Positions 38,840-48,040 of a stretch of DNA of 64,000 nt are shown here, in pieces; position 1 is the stretch's first letter; the number at the start of each line of letters is the position of its first letter. The DNA comes from Opitutia bacterium (GTDB lineage: Bacteria > Verrucomicrobiota > Verrucomicrobiia > Opitutales > Opitutaceae). The notes below the pieces were generated by a model. That model was not told where the DNA came from. It saw only the letters and a program-made list of their open reading frames with translations, and made no database searches. The stretch is from positions 32,001-96,000 of the forward strand of contig CANJVR010000008.1 in assembly GCA_947478395.1 (NCBI GenBank), in the 5' to 3' direction. The position numbers were made by a program, and so were the translations under genes.

Positions 38840-39032
38840 CCCAACGCCGCCGCCATCTTTCGTGGCGGCGCGTTCGCCGTGGAGACGGCGCAGAGGTTGG
38901 CGGACGGCTAGGTCGTGGACGGAAGCGAACGTCCGCAGAAACCGTCCGAGCTATTCCCCTGTGGCGGGAGAGGCGTCCGAGATTCCGTTTGCCGAGGCGT
39001 CGGGCGCGGCCCAAGGTGCGCGGTTCCGTTCC

Positions 39033-40517
39033 ATGAGCGACCTCCACTCCGACATCAGCCACGATCAAAACGCCGTGCGCCGGCAGAAACTCGCCGAAAT
39101 GCGCGCCGCCGGCGTGGATCCGTTTCGCGCGAGCTTCACGACCACGCACTTTTCGGCCGAAGCGCTCAAAGCCCACGTCGACGGCCAGGATAACGCCGTC
39201 TCGGTCGCCGTGGCCGGCCGGCTCGTGACGATCCGCGACATGGGCAAGAGCCAGTTCGTGAAGATCCTGGATCAGCAGGGCCAGATTCAGCTTTACGTGA
39301 AGAAAGACGTGATCGGAGACGACGCCTACGCGGCGTTTAAGAAACTCGATCTCGGCGATATTCTCGGCGCGAAGGGCACGCTCTTCAAAACCAAGACCGG
39401 TGAAGTCACGGTGCGCGTGGAAAGTTACACGCTCGTGGCCAAGGCGCTGCGGCCGCTGCCGGAAAAATGGCACGGCCTGAGCGATGCCGAGCAAGTCTAT
39501 CGTCAGCGTTACCTCGATCTCATCGTGAATGCCGAGTCGCGCGCGCGGCTCATGCTGCGTTCCCGCGTGGTCTCGCACATCCGCCGCTTTTTGGAAGCGC
39601 AGCAATTCATCGAGGTCGAAACGCCGGTGTTGGAAAACACCGCGGGCGGCGCCGCCGCGCGGCCGTTCGTGACGCATCACAACGCGCTCAACGTCGATTT
39701 TTTCCTGCGCATCGCGACCGAGCTGCGGCTGAAGCGCCTGCTCGTAGGCGGTTTCGACCGCGTCTTCGAGATCGGCCGGATTTTCCGCAACGAAGGCGTT
39801 TCGCGGAAGCACAACCCGGAGTTCACCATGCTCGAGGTTTACCAAGCCTACAGCGATCACCGCGGCATGATGACGTTGATCAAGGACATGCTGACGACGC
39901 TCGTCCGCGAGGTCGTTCGCCCCGCCGACGGCTCCCTCAAGATCAAGCACGCGGCCAGCGGACAGGAGATCGATTTCGGCGGCGAATGGCGCGAGGTGAA
40001 CTACAAGGACCTCATTTGCACCGCGACCGGCGATCCGGAGTGGTTCGCCCGCAGCAAAGCGGAGAAAATCGCCGGCGCGGAAAAACTCGGCCTTTCGATT
40101 CATCCCGCTTGGGAAGAGTTCGAAATCACCAACGAAATTTTTTCCAAGAAAATCGAGCCGACGCTGATCCAGCCGACCTTCGTACTGAAACTGCCGAAGG
40201 AATTGTGCCCGCTGGCGAAGCTCAACGCCGAAGATCCCACGGTGCTCGATGTGTTCGAGCTCACCATCGGTGGCATGGAAGTCGCGCCGGCTTACTCGGA
40301 GCAAAACGATCCCGATGTGCAGCGCACGATGTTCGAATCCCAGGCGGGCGAGGAAAAGCAAAACATCGACCAGGATTTCCTGCTCGCACTGGAACACGGC
40401 ATGCCGCCGGCCGGTGGCATGGGCGTGGGCATCGACCGCTTGTGCATCCTGCTGACCGGCGCGGAAAGCATCCGCGATGTGATCCTGTTTCCGCAGCTCA
40501 GACCCGGGGCCGTCTGA
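39033..40517 (+). CDS. lysS: Lysine--tRNA ligase, class II
   Basis: LRPLPEKWHGL, YRQRYLDLI, GGAAARPFVTHHN, FRNEGVSRKHNPEFTMLE, GMPPAGGMGVGIDRL. Confidence 0.97.
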   Translation: MSDLHSDISHDQNAVRRQKLAEMRAAGVDPFRASFTTTHFSAEALKAHVDGQDNAVSVAVAGRLVTIRDMGKSQFVKILDQQGQIQLYVKKDVIGDDAYAAFKKLDLGDILGAKGTLFKTKTGEVTVRVESYTLVAKALRPLPEKWHGLSDAEQVYRQRYLDLIVNAESRARLMLRSRVVSHIRRFLEAQQFIEVETPVLENTAGGAAARPFVTHHNALNVDFFLRIATELRLKRLLVGGFDRVFEIGRIFRNEGVSRKHNPEFTMLEVYQAYSDHRGMMTLIKDMLTTLVREVVRPADGSLKIKHAASGQEIDFGGEWREVNYKDLICTATGDPEWFARSKAEKIAGAEKLGLSIHPAWEEFEITNEIFSKKIEPTLIQPTFVLKLPKELCPLAKLNAEDPTVLDVFELTIGGMEVAPAYSEQNDPDVQRTMFESQAGEEKQNIDQDFLLALEHGMPPAGGMGVGIDRLCILLTGAESIRDVILFPQLRPGAV

Positions 40518-40608
40518 GGGTTTAAGTGAGAAGTTGAAGTTTAAAGGCTGTCTGACGAAACGGGAAAACAGCATCCGCACTTCAACTTAAACTTCTGATT
40601 TCAACTGG
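40518..40608. repeat. AT-rich short-period inverted repeat
   Basis: tttaagtgagaagttgaagtttaa ... acttcaacttaaacttctgatttcaac. Confidence 0.55.
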
Positions 40609-40614
40609 TCGTCC

Positions 40615-41850
40615 ATGCCCTGGTATCTCTACCTCGCCCTGAAACAGCTTTTCCCGACGGGAAAGAAGTTTCCGTTTTTCACGGCGATCTCGGTGCTCGG
40701 CGTGGCGTTGGGCGTGGCGCTGCTCGTGATTTCAACGAGTGTGATGGGAGGCTTCGGCCACCAGTACCGGCGCATGATCGTGGACACGCAGGGCGACGTC
40801 CAGGTGCGGGCGCGCGGTTTTATCAACGACGCGGCGGGCTTGCAGGCGCGGCTGGCAGCGGTGCCCGGCGTGGTGGCGACGACGCCATTTGCGGAAGGTG
40901 TGACCGGCTTGATCCACGAGGGCCGGCCGGCTTATCCCGCGATGCAGGGCATCGACGTGAATCGCATCAACAAGGTGGTTCCGATTGCGAAGTATGTCGT
41001 CGTTGGGTCGCTCGACGATCTCGACGATGATTCCATCATCCTGAGTTATCAGCTCGCGCTTTCCATCGGTGCGCACGTCGGCGACAAGGTCGAAGTCTAT
41101 TCGCCACTGCTGTTGGAAAAGTTGAACCACGACGAAATCCTGTTGCCGCGCCAATTCCGGGTGGCGGGGATTTTCCAGATCGGACACCAGCAGCTCGACA
41201 GTTCCCTCGTGCTGGTGACGTTGCGTGCGATGCAGGAACTCTACGGGCTCGGCGCTGCGGTGCACGGCATCAACGTAAAAATTGCCCCCGGCCTCGATGC
41301 GGACGATGTGGCCGCGCGCATCAACGCGGCCTTGCCGCCCGAAGCCGGTGCCACCGCGCGTTCGTGGATGGATACGAACCAGGAATTCCTCTTCGTGCTC
41401 CAGCTGGAGAAGAACATGATCTTTTTTCTGCTCACGTTCATCACGATTGTCGCGGCGTTTTCGGTCACGAGTTCGCTGTTGATTTCGGTCGTGCGAAAAA
41501 CCCGGGAAATCGGATTGCTCGGCGCGCTCGGCGGCCAGCCCAGGCAAGTGGCGGCGTGTTTTTGTTTTCAGGGCCTGCTCATCGGCACGGCTGGGACAGT
41601 CGCCGGGCTCATCCTCGGCTTCGTCCTGCTTTTTTTCCGCAACGGCATCGTGCACGTTTTCACGTCGCTGACCGCGAGTGAGGCGGTGCTCGCGCGATTC
41701 TATCAGTTCAGCGAGTTGCCGCGGTACACGTCTTCGAGCGACGTGATCACGATCGTGACGGTTTCGATCGTCATCTCGACGCTGGCTGGTCTGCTGCCCG
41801 CGTGGCGGGCGGCCCGACTTAAACCCGTGGAGGCGCTACGCAGTGAATAA
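40615..41850 (+). CDS. LolC/E-family lipoprotein-releasing ABC permease
   Basis: ISVLGVALGVALLVI..SVMGGF, KTREIGLLGALG, PAWRAARLKPVEALRSE. Confidence 0.92.
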   Translation: MPWYLYLALKQLFPTGKKFPFFTAISVLGVALGVALLVISTSVMGGFGHQYRRMIVDTQGDVQVRARGFINDAAGLQARLAAVPGVVATTPFAEGVTGLIHEGRPAYPAMQGIDVNRINKVVPIAKYVVVGSLDDLDDDSIILSYQLALSIGAHVGDKVEVYSPLLLEKLNHDEILLPRQFRVAGIFQIGHQQLDSSLVLVTLRAMQELYGLGAAVHGINVKIAPGLDADDVAARINAALPPEAGATARSWMDTNQEFLFVLQLEKNMIFFLLTFITIVAAFSVTSSLLISVVRKTREIGLLGALGGQPRQVAACFCFQGLLIGTAGTVAGLILGFVLLFFRNGIVHVFTSLTASEAVLARFYQFSELPRYTSSSDVITIVTVSIVISTLAGLLPAWRAARLKPVEALRSE

Positions 41851-42532
41851 CGCCGTGCTCACCGCGCGCGCCTTGCGCAAAAGCTACCTGAGCGGCGACC
41901 GTCGCATCGAGGTTCTCGGCGGGGTCGATCTCGATGTCGCGGCCGGCGAGAGCGTGAGCATCCGCGGCGAATCCGGCTCCGGAAAATCCACGCTGCTCCA
42001 CCTCCTGGCGGGCCTCGACACCCCCGATAGTGGCACGCTGACTTGGGCCGGCTCCCCCGATACCGGCACGGCGCGGCGGGGCGCGTTTCTCGGGATGGTG
42101 TTTCAATCATTTTATCTCATCCCCGAACTCAACGCGCGGGAAAACGTCCTGATGTCGCGCCGCGTGGTCAGTCGGATCGACGCCGCCGCGCGGGCGCGCG
42201 CGGACGAACTGCTCGGGCGCGTTGGCTTGCTCGAACGGGCGACGCATCTTCCGACCCAACTTTCCGGCGGGGAACGTCAACGCGTCGCGGTGGCGCGGGC
42301 GTTGATGAATTCTCCTGCACTGCTCCTCGCCGATGAGCCGACGGGTAATCTCGACGAGCGTACGGGAGATTCGATCGTCGAGCTTTTGCTGTCGCTCTGT
42401 CGCGAACTGCAAACGGCGCTTGTGCTCGTGACGCACAACGCCGCCCACGCGCAGAAAACCAGCCGTCAGCTCTTGTTGCGTGGCGGGAGCTTCGCTCGGG
42501 TTTCGGATGAGTGGCCACGTTCCGGATCCTGA
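41843..42532 (+). CDS. lolD: Lipoprotein-releasing ABC ATPase
   Basis: GESGSGKST, LSGGERQRVAVARAL, LADEPTGNLD, VTH; overlaps the permease. Confidence 0.88.
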   Translation: MNNAVLTARALRKSYLSGDRRIEVLGGVDLDVAAGESVSIRGESGSGKSTLLHLLAGLDTPDSGTLTWAGSPDTGTARRGAFLGMVFQSFYLIPELNARENVLMSRRVVSRIDAAARARADELLGRVGLLERATHLPTQLSGGERQRVAVARALMNSPALLLADEPTGNLDERTGDSIVELLLSLCRELQTALVLVTHNAAHAQKTSRQLLLRGGSFARVSDEWPRSGS

Positions 42533-42640
42533 GTTCCGGCCGCTGAGTTTTTGGGTTCAGGGTTGAGTTATGGGTGAAACGCCCCGCTGATTTCCGGGTA
42601 TGGCCTTCCTCGGAATCCGAAACTCGAAACCCGAAACGGC
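42515..42640. repeat. Heptamer tandem inverted-repeat element (TTYYGRG / CYCGAAA type)
   Basis: ctgagtttttgggttcagggttgag ... ctcggaatccgaaactcgaaacccgaaac. Confidence 0.65.
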
Positions 42641-43616
42641 TGCGCGCATGCGCTGCGGCGTCGCCGGGGTCGGCTCGCTGGGCCAGCATCATGCCCGCAT
42701 CTACGCTTCGCTGCCGGGCGTGGAACTGGCGGGCATCTACGAGACCAACGATGCCCGCGCCGCCGAGATTTGCGCGAAGTTCAACTGCCGCCGTTTCGCC
42801 ACGCTCGAAGAACTCGGCGAGGGTTGCGATGCGGTCTCTGTGGTGGTGCCAACCGATCTGCACGCCAAAGTGGCGCTGCCGTTGCTCGCCCGTAAAACCC
42901 ATCTCCTGATCGAGAAGCCGCTCTGCGCCTCGCTCGAAGAGGCTGAGCAAGTCCTGGCCGCGGCGCGCGAGCATGGCTGTCTCGTCCAAGTCGGGCACAT
43001 CGAACATTTCAATCCCGTGATGGCCTTCCTCGAAAAGGAAGTGAACCATCCGCAGTACATCACGGCGGAGCGGCTCGCCCCGTATCAGCCGCGAGGCACA
43101 GAGGTCGGGGTCGTGCTTGACCTGATGATTCACGACATCGGCATCGTGCTCGCGCTGGTGAAATCGCCCATCGCGCGCATCGATAGCGTCGGAGTCAGCG
43201 TGCTGTCGAAAACCGAAGACATCGCCAACGCCCGCCTGCAATTCGAGAACGGCTGCGTCGCCAACCTCAGCGCCAGCCGCATGAGCTTGAAGAAGGCGCG
43301 CGAGATCCGCGTCTTTCAGGACAACGCCTATCTCTCGCTCGATTTCATGGGTCAGGCCGGGCACCTCGTGAAGAAGAGCGAGATCATCGCCTACGGGTTA
43401 AAAATGAAAATCGGCCTGGTGAAGGCGGGCGATGTGAGTTCGATCCCGGTGCAGGAAATTCCCATCGAGAAGGGCGAGCCGCTGGCGCTGGAGCTCGCGT
43501 CTTTCGTCGATAGCGTGAAGCGCGCGCAGCAACCGAAGGTCGGCGCGGCTCTCGGTAAATCCGCGCTCGAAGTGGCGATCACAATCACGGAGCAGATTCG
43601 CGCCGCGAAACGGTGA
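42600..43616 (+). CDS. Gfo/Idh/MocA oxidoreductase, GnnA-like
   Basis: GVGSLGQHHAR, LIEKP, VGHIEHFNP, DLMIHD, ANLSASR; directly upstream of lpxB; alternative start 42648. Confidence 0.85.
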   Translation: MAFLGIRNSKPETAARMRCGVAGVGSLGQHHARIYASLPGVELAGIYETNDARAAEICAKFNCRRFATLEELGEGCDAVSVVVPTDLHAKVALPLLARKTHLLIEKPLCASLEEAEQVLAAAREHGCLVQVGHIEHFNPVMAFLEKEVNHPQYITAERLAPYQPRGTEVGVVLDLMIHDIGIVLALVKSPIARIDSVGVSVLSKTEDIANARLQFENGCVANLSASRMSLKKAREIRVFQDNAYLSLDFMGQAGHLVKKSEIIAYGLKMKIGLVKAGDVSSIPVQEIPIEKGEPLALELASFVDSVKRAQQPKVGAALGKSALEVAITITEQIRAAKR

Positions 43617-43692
43617 AGACCATGCGATCAGCCGGCAGTGCGGATGCCCTCGTCCGCCCGGGGCGAATTCAGCCGGGGGCGGCCGCACGCGC

Positions 43693-44856
43693 ATGACGAC
43701 TTTCCGCCTGACAGCGCCCACCGCCGGCCGCGTGGATTTGCTCGTCATCGCCGGTGAACATTCCGGCGACGAACACGCGGCGCGCGCGATCCGCGAACTG
43801 CGCGTTGCCCAACCCGGTCTGGCCATCGTCGCGCTCGGCGGGCCGCAAATCGCCGCCGCGGGCGCCCAGCTTTTGCACGACCTCACGGCTTCGTCCGTCG
43901 TTGGCCTCGTGGAGGTGCTGAAGAATTATTCTTTTTTCCGCGCGTTGCTCGATGAAATCCTGCGCTGGATCGGCGAGCACCGGCCGCGCGCGGTGTTGTT
44001 GGTCGATTATCCCGGTTTGAATCTCCGGATTGCCGCCGCGCTGCGCGAACGCGGGCTCTCGGTTAAAGGCGGCGGCAATATCAAACTGCTGTACTATATT
44101 TCGCCGCAGATTTGGGCGTGGAAGGCGAAGCGCCGTTTCACGATGGCCCGCGATCTCGACGGGCTCGCCGTGATTTTCCCGTTCGAAGTGAAATGCTACG
44201 CGGACACCCCGCTGCCGGTGGAATTCGTCGGTCATCCGTTTCTCGCGCCCGACTATGCGAGTCCCGTACGCTACGATCCCGCGGGGCCGATCCTGCTGTT
44301 GCCCGGCAGCCGGCGTCAGGCCGTGGGACGAATTTTCCCCATGCTCCTCGCGGGTTTCGCTCAATTTCACCGCGACGTTACCGAGCGATCGGCGACCGTG
44401 CTTTATCCGAGCGACGACATCTTGGCTGTGCTGCGTTCGCTCAACCCGCCCCGTTCCGTTGAACTCCGTCCCGGCGGGACGCCGGTCGCGGCGTCGGCGG
44501 TGCTGACATCGAGCGGAACCATGTCGATGCACTGCGCCCTCGCGGGCATCCCGGGTGCGGTCGTTTATCGGGCGAATCCGCTCACTTATTGGCTCGGCCG
44601 CTGGCTGGTGAAGGTGCCGTATCTCGGGATCGCAAACCTGCTGTTGGGCGAGCCGATGTATCCCGAATACATTCAAGACGCGGCGACGCCCGATGCGCTG
44701 GCCGCGGAATTGCGGGCCAGCCTCGACCAGCCGGCTCGTCGGGCCGAAACCGCGCGTCAGGCGGCAAGGTTACGCGCCCTGCTGGGGCGTGCGGAGGGCG
44801 GAACGATGGCGGATTGGCTGGGCCGGCAGCTGGATGGATCCGGCCGCCCGTGTTAA
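43693..44856 (+). CDS. lpxB: Lipid-A-disaccharide synthase
   Basis: AGEHSGD, VDYPGLNL, YYISPQIWAW, IFPFE, FVGHP, LLPGSR, SGT, IANLL, PEYIQ. Confidence 0.95.
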   Translation: MTTFRLTAPTAGRVDLLVIAGEHSGDEHAARAIRELRVAQPGLAIVALGGPQIAAAGAQLLHDLTASSVVGLVEVLKNYSFFRALLDEILRWIGEHRPRAVLLVDYPGLNLRIAAALRERGLSVKGGGNIKLLYYISPQIWAWKAKRRFTMARDLDGLAVIFPFEVKCYADTPLPVEFVGHPFLAPDYASPVRYDPAGPILLLPGSRRQAVGRIFPMLLAGFAQFHRDVTERSATVLYPSDDILAVLRSLNPPRSVELRPGGTPVAASAVLTSSGTMSMHCALAGIPGAVVYRANPLTYWLGRWLVKVPYLGIANLLLGEPMYPEYIQDAATPDALAAELRASLDQPARRAETARQAARLRALLGRAEGGTMADWLGRQLDGSGRPC

Positions 44857-44999
44857 TTGAGTTGGCGTGAAAGCCCGGCGATTGACGGGATCGTATGCGA
44901 TGCCTGTCGCGGTACGCTCCCCGACTTCTCCGGGTTCGTAGTCGCACGCTCCCTGGGCTCGCACGGGTGGTCCGGCGTGGGCGCGTCCCTGTTCCGGGC

Positions 45000-45310
45000 G
45001 TGGCGATGCTGCGCAAGCTGGGCTATCGGAGGGACGCCGTGGCGAACGGACTCGAGTTGATCGATGCGCCGCGGCGCCAAGCCTGCGACATCATCCTGAT
45101 GGATCTGCGACTGACCGAGACGGATGGACGGGAGGCGCACCGGCGATTCGCGCGAGCTAGGCTGGCTTAACCGGAGCTACCGTGAATCGAGGCGCCGACG
45201 ACGTACGCGATGCAAGGCGACGGGGAACTCTGTTTGGCCGGCTGGTACGGACAACTACATCAAAAAGGTACCGAAGCTCGATGAACTCGTCGCTGCGTTC
45301 CCCGCGGATG
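45000..45310 (+). pseudogene. Decayed response-regulator receiver domain (hybrid-kinase type)
   Basis: MLRKLGY..DAVANGLE..DIILMDL...DG.EA, then P*IEAPTTYAMQGDGELCLA, frameshift, AGTDNYIKK..KLDEL. Confidence 0.8.
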
Positions 45311-45361
45311 AAGCACCCGAAGGGCTGAACACGCGTGCGGTCGTCGGGTAGAGCGGTGGGT

Positions 45362-46459
45362 TCAGCGCGTAACGCGGGGTGACGGCACCCCGCCTCCATC
45401 AGAATCGATTTCAGTCGCTCTTATTTTGAGCGTCGCGATCTGAGGCTCGACCTGCCGCCAAAGGGCCTCGGCTTTCGCCGTCAGAATCTCACGCGCGTGT
45501 GAAACTTCAGCTGCGCGCGCCGCGCGGTTTTGCTCCGCGATCTTGGCGAGATCGTCGAGGTTGTAGAGAAACACGTTTTCGATTTCTGCCACGCCCGTCT
45601 CGATGTCGCGGGGCAGGGCCAGATCGATGCAGAGCAATGGCCGCGTCGGACGGCGGCGCATCGCGGCGGCGACGGCGCCGGTCAGCACCACGGCGTCGGG
45701 CGCCGCGGTCGAGCCGACCACGATGTCGAATTCAGCGAGGCGCGCTTCATGTTGCCCAAACGGCAGCGCGCTCGCGCCGAGCTGCGTGGCGAGCTCCATC
45801 GCGCGTTCGAGCCGTCGGCTGGCGACGGTGAGCGTGGCCGCGCCGCGGCTTTGAAACGCCTTGGCGGTCTTTTCGCCGATGTCACCGGCACCAAGCAGGA
45901 GAACGTGCGCTTGGGCGAGATCGCCAAAAATGTTGAGCGCGAGATCGACGGCCACGTTGGCCACGCTGACTTGTCCCGCGGTGATGGCAGTGTGGGTACG
46001 CACATGCTTCGCGGCCTGAAATGCTTTTTGGAAAACACGGTTGAGCACCGGTCCGGTGGCACCGCGGGCCTGGGCTGACGCGTAGGCGGCCTTCACCTGC
46101 CCGAAGATTTCCGTCTCGCCGAGCATTTGCGAGTCGAGTCCAGCGGCCACTTCGAGGAGGTGGCGGACGGCCTCGAGACCGCCGAGGCTCAGGCGGAAGG
46201 CCGCAAATTCATCCCGGGAAAATTTTTGCCGTGCGCAGAAGGCTGCCTCCACGTGGGCGACGTGCGCAGGGGCGTCGGCCACACCGTAAAACTCGACGCG
46301 ATTGCAGGTGTTGAGCACCGCGAGTTCGCGCACGCCCGCGGCGGCGAGCTCGGCATGGAGCGCGGCCACCCCGGCGTCGTCGAGCGCGAGCTTTTCCCTC
46401 ACGGCCAGCGGCGCGCGATGGTGGGTGGCGCCCAGCAGAAAAAATCCGGCGGTACTCAT
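45362..46459 (-). CDS. hemA: Glutamyl-tRNA reductase, short form (365 aa)
   Basis: APLAVREKLA, LNTCNRVEFY, GLDSQMLGETEIFGQVK, LGAGDIG, IDLALPRDIE, LYNLDDL. Confidence 0.95.
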   Translation of the reverse strand: MSTAGFFLLGATHHRAPLAVREKLALDDAGVAALHAELAAAGVRELAVLNTCNRVEFYGVADAPAHVAHVEAAFCARQKFSRDEFAAFRLSLGGLEAVRHLLEVAAGLDSQMLGETEIFGQVKAAYASAQARGATGPVLNRVFQKAFQAAKHVRTHTAITAGQVSVANVAVDLALNIFGDLAQAHVLLLGAGDIGEKTAKAFQSRGAATLTVASRRLERAMELATQLGASALPFGQHEARLAEFDIVVGSTAAPDAVVLTGAVAAAMRRRPTRPLLCIDLALPRDIETGVAEIENVFLYNLDDLAKIAEQNRAARAAEVSHAREILTAKAEALWRQVEPQIATLKIRATEIDSDGGGVPSPRVTR

Positions 46460-47310
46460 GGTTGCCGGGGGACGATTTGAGGTGGGGGCGTCGACACGGG
46501 ATGCCGGCTGGCGTCGACCGCGCTGAGTGAAAGCATGGCGGCGGCAAATAGCGTGAGCCCCGTCCACGCAAACCGTTTGGCCAGTAGTTGTCCGCGCCAG
46601 CGCAGGATGAACGCGATCAGCGACGCGAGCCAGACCGCGATCGTGAGCAGAAGTTTTGCGGGGTCGACGCTGCCGGGTTCACGCAGCCAGTACACCGAGC
46701 CCATGACGAGTGATGCCGCCAGTAAGAAGACCGCGGTGGCGAGCAGGCGCACGCCGATGTGGTCCAGATCGACCATCGACGGCAGCACGGCGAAGAACCC
46801 TCCGAGATGTTTCGATTTCAGCGAGAAATTCCGAAGCAGCAGCATGAGCGACGTGAGCGCGAGCAGCGCCAGCACGCCGTAGCTGAACAGCGCGAGTGCC
46901 GCGTGAAGTTCGATCCAGGGATTGTCGCCGAAAATTTTTGCCCGGTGTTCGGCGTCCCACGCCGGAAAGGCCAGAGAGATCAACGTGACCGTCGCCGCCA
47001 GGCCCGCGGTGAAATATCCGAGCACGCTCGAGCGAAACGCGACGCCGACGACGAGATAAAGCGTGATGGCCGACCACGCGGTGAACTGATAAATTTCAAA
47101 GGCGTTCCCGAGCGGGCAGCCGCCCACGGCCTGCCCGCGCAAACCGAGCCCGACCAGTTGCAGCAGGTATCCGATGGCCGTCAGCGTGTAGACCGCCGCA
47201 CCGGAAGGCCGGCCGCGTCGCCAGAGCGACCACGTTCCCAGCAGAAACCCCCCGAGATAGAAGGCGGCGGCGAGCCAAAGCCATTGGCGATCGGTGATGG
47301 CGGCAAACAT
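46456..47310 (-). CDS. CcsA/HemX-like cytochrome c assembly membrane protein
   Basis: About 8 TM segments, CPLGNAFE, PWIELHAALA, LPSMVDLD, DPAK; ATGA-coupled to hemA. Confidence 0.85.
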   Translation of the reverse strand: MFAAITDRQWLWLAAAFYLGGFLLGTWSLWRRGRPSGAAVYTLTAIGYLLQLVGLGLRGQAVGGCPLGNAFEIYQFTAWSAITLYLVVGVAFRSSVLGYFTAGLAATVTLISLAFPAWDAEHRAKIFGDNPWIELHAALALFSYGVLALLALTSLMLLLRNFSLKSKHLGGFFAVLPSMVDLDHIGVRLLATAVFLLAASLVMGSVYWLREPGSVDPAKLLLTIAVWLASLIAFILRWRGQLLAKRFAWTGLTLFAAAMLSLSAVDASRHPVSTPPPQIVPRQP

Positions 47311-47358
47311 GGAAGGGGAACGCTACCTTCGCCGGCGGATGGAGCAAGTCCAAGGCAG

Positions 47359-47480
47359 TTCGGCCACAAAAAGGTTCAAGGTTTGGCTAGAGCAGCGAAA
47401 AGGCCTTCCCTAGCGCCTATTGGGGCTCGGGAAAATCGGCCGACGTCCTGGAAAATTTTGGTGCCTTTTCGTGACCAAAA
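47359..47480. repeat. GGCCAC...GTGACC palindromic element (degenerate)
   Basis: ttcggccacaaaaaggttcaag ... ttttggtgccttttcgtgaccaaaa. Confidence 0.55.
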
Positions 47481-47508
47481 ACTCCGAGGCTTTAACTTTG
47501 TGCCGTCG

Positions 47509-48000
47509 CTATTTTCCCGGCGCCCATTTGACGAGGAAGGCATTTACCTTCGCGGCGCTGTGGCCTTCGCCGTCTTCAAGTACGCCCGATTCCTGGGTGG
47601 TGAGCTGCTGGCCTGCGGCGTTGAGCACCACGAACACCGGGAGACCTTCCTGCAACGGATTGCCGTAGCGGAGATTCACGTCGTAGTTGCGCTTTTCGCC
47701 GTGGCGCCAGTTGGAATCGATGAGGACCAGTACGTAATTTTCTCGGAGGTTTTTGGCGACGCTGACATCGGTCTCCATGGTGTGATGCAGCCGGTGGCAC
47801 CAGACACACCAGTTGGCTCCGAACATGAGTAGCACATTTTTGTGACTGGTCTTGGCGGTGGCGAGTGCAGCCGCGATCTGGGCGTTGCCGTCGGATTTCG
47901 GGTCGTAGATATCCGACCCTAGCGCGGGGTATTCGGGCGCGGCCCGGACGATCGAGGACGCAGCCAATGCGAGCAACAGCAAGAGGGGTAGCCTTTTCAT
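47509..48000 (-). CDS. Secreted thioredoxin-family protein
   Basis: Signal peptide, FGANWCVWC, GLPVFVVL. Confidence 0.88.
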   Translation of the reverse strand: MKRLPLLLLLALAASSIVRAAPEYPALGSDIYDPKSDGNAQIAAALATAKTSHKNVLLMFGANWCVWCHRLHHTMETDVSVAKNLRENYVLVLIDSNWRHGEKRNYDVNLRYGNPLQEGLPVFVVLNAAGQQLTTQESGVLEDGEGHSAAKVNAFLVKWAPGK

Positions 48001-48040
48001 CAAACGTCGGAACTAACGCGAACGTCCGGATGGACAAAAG

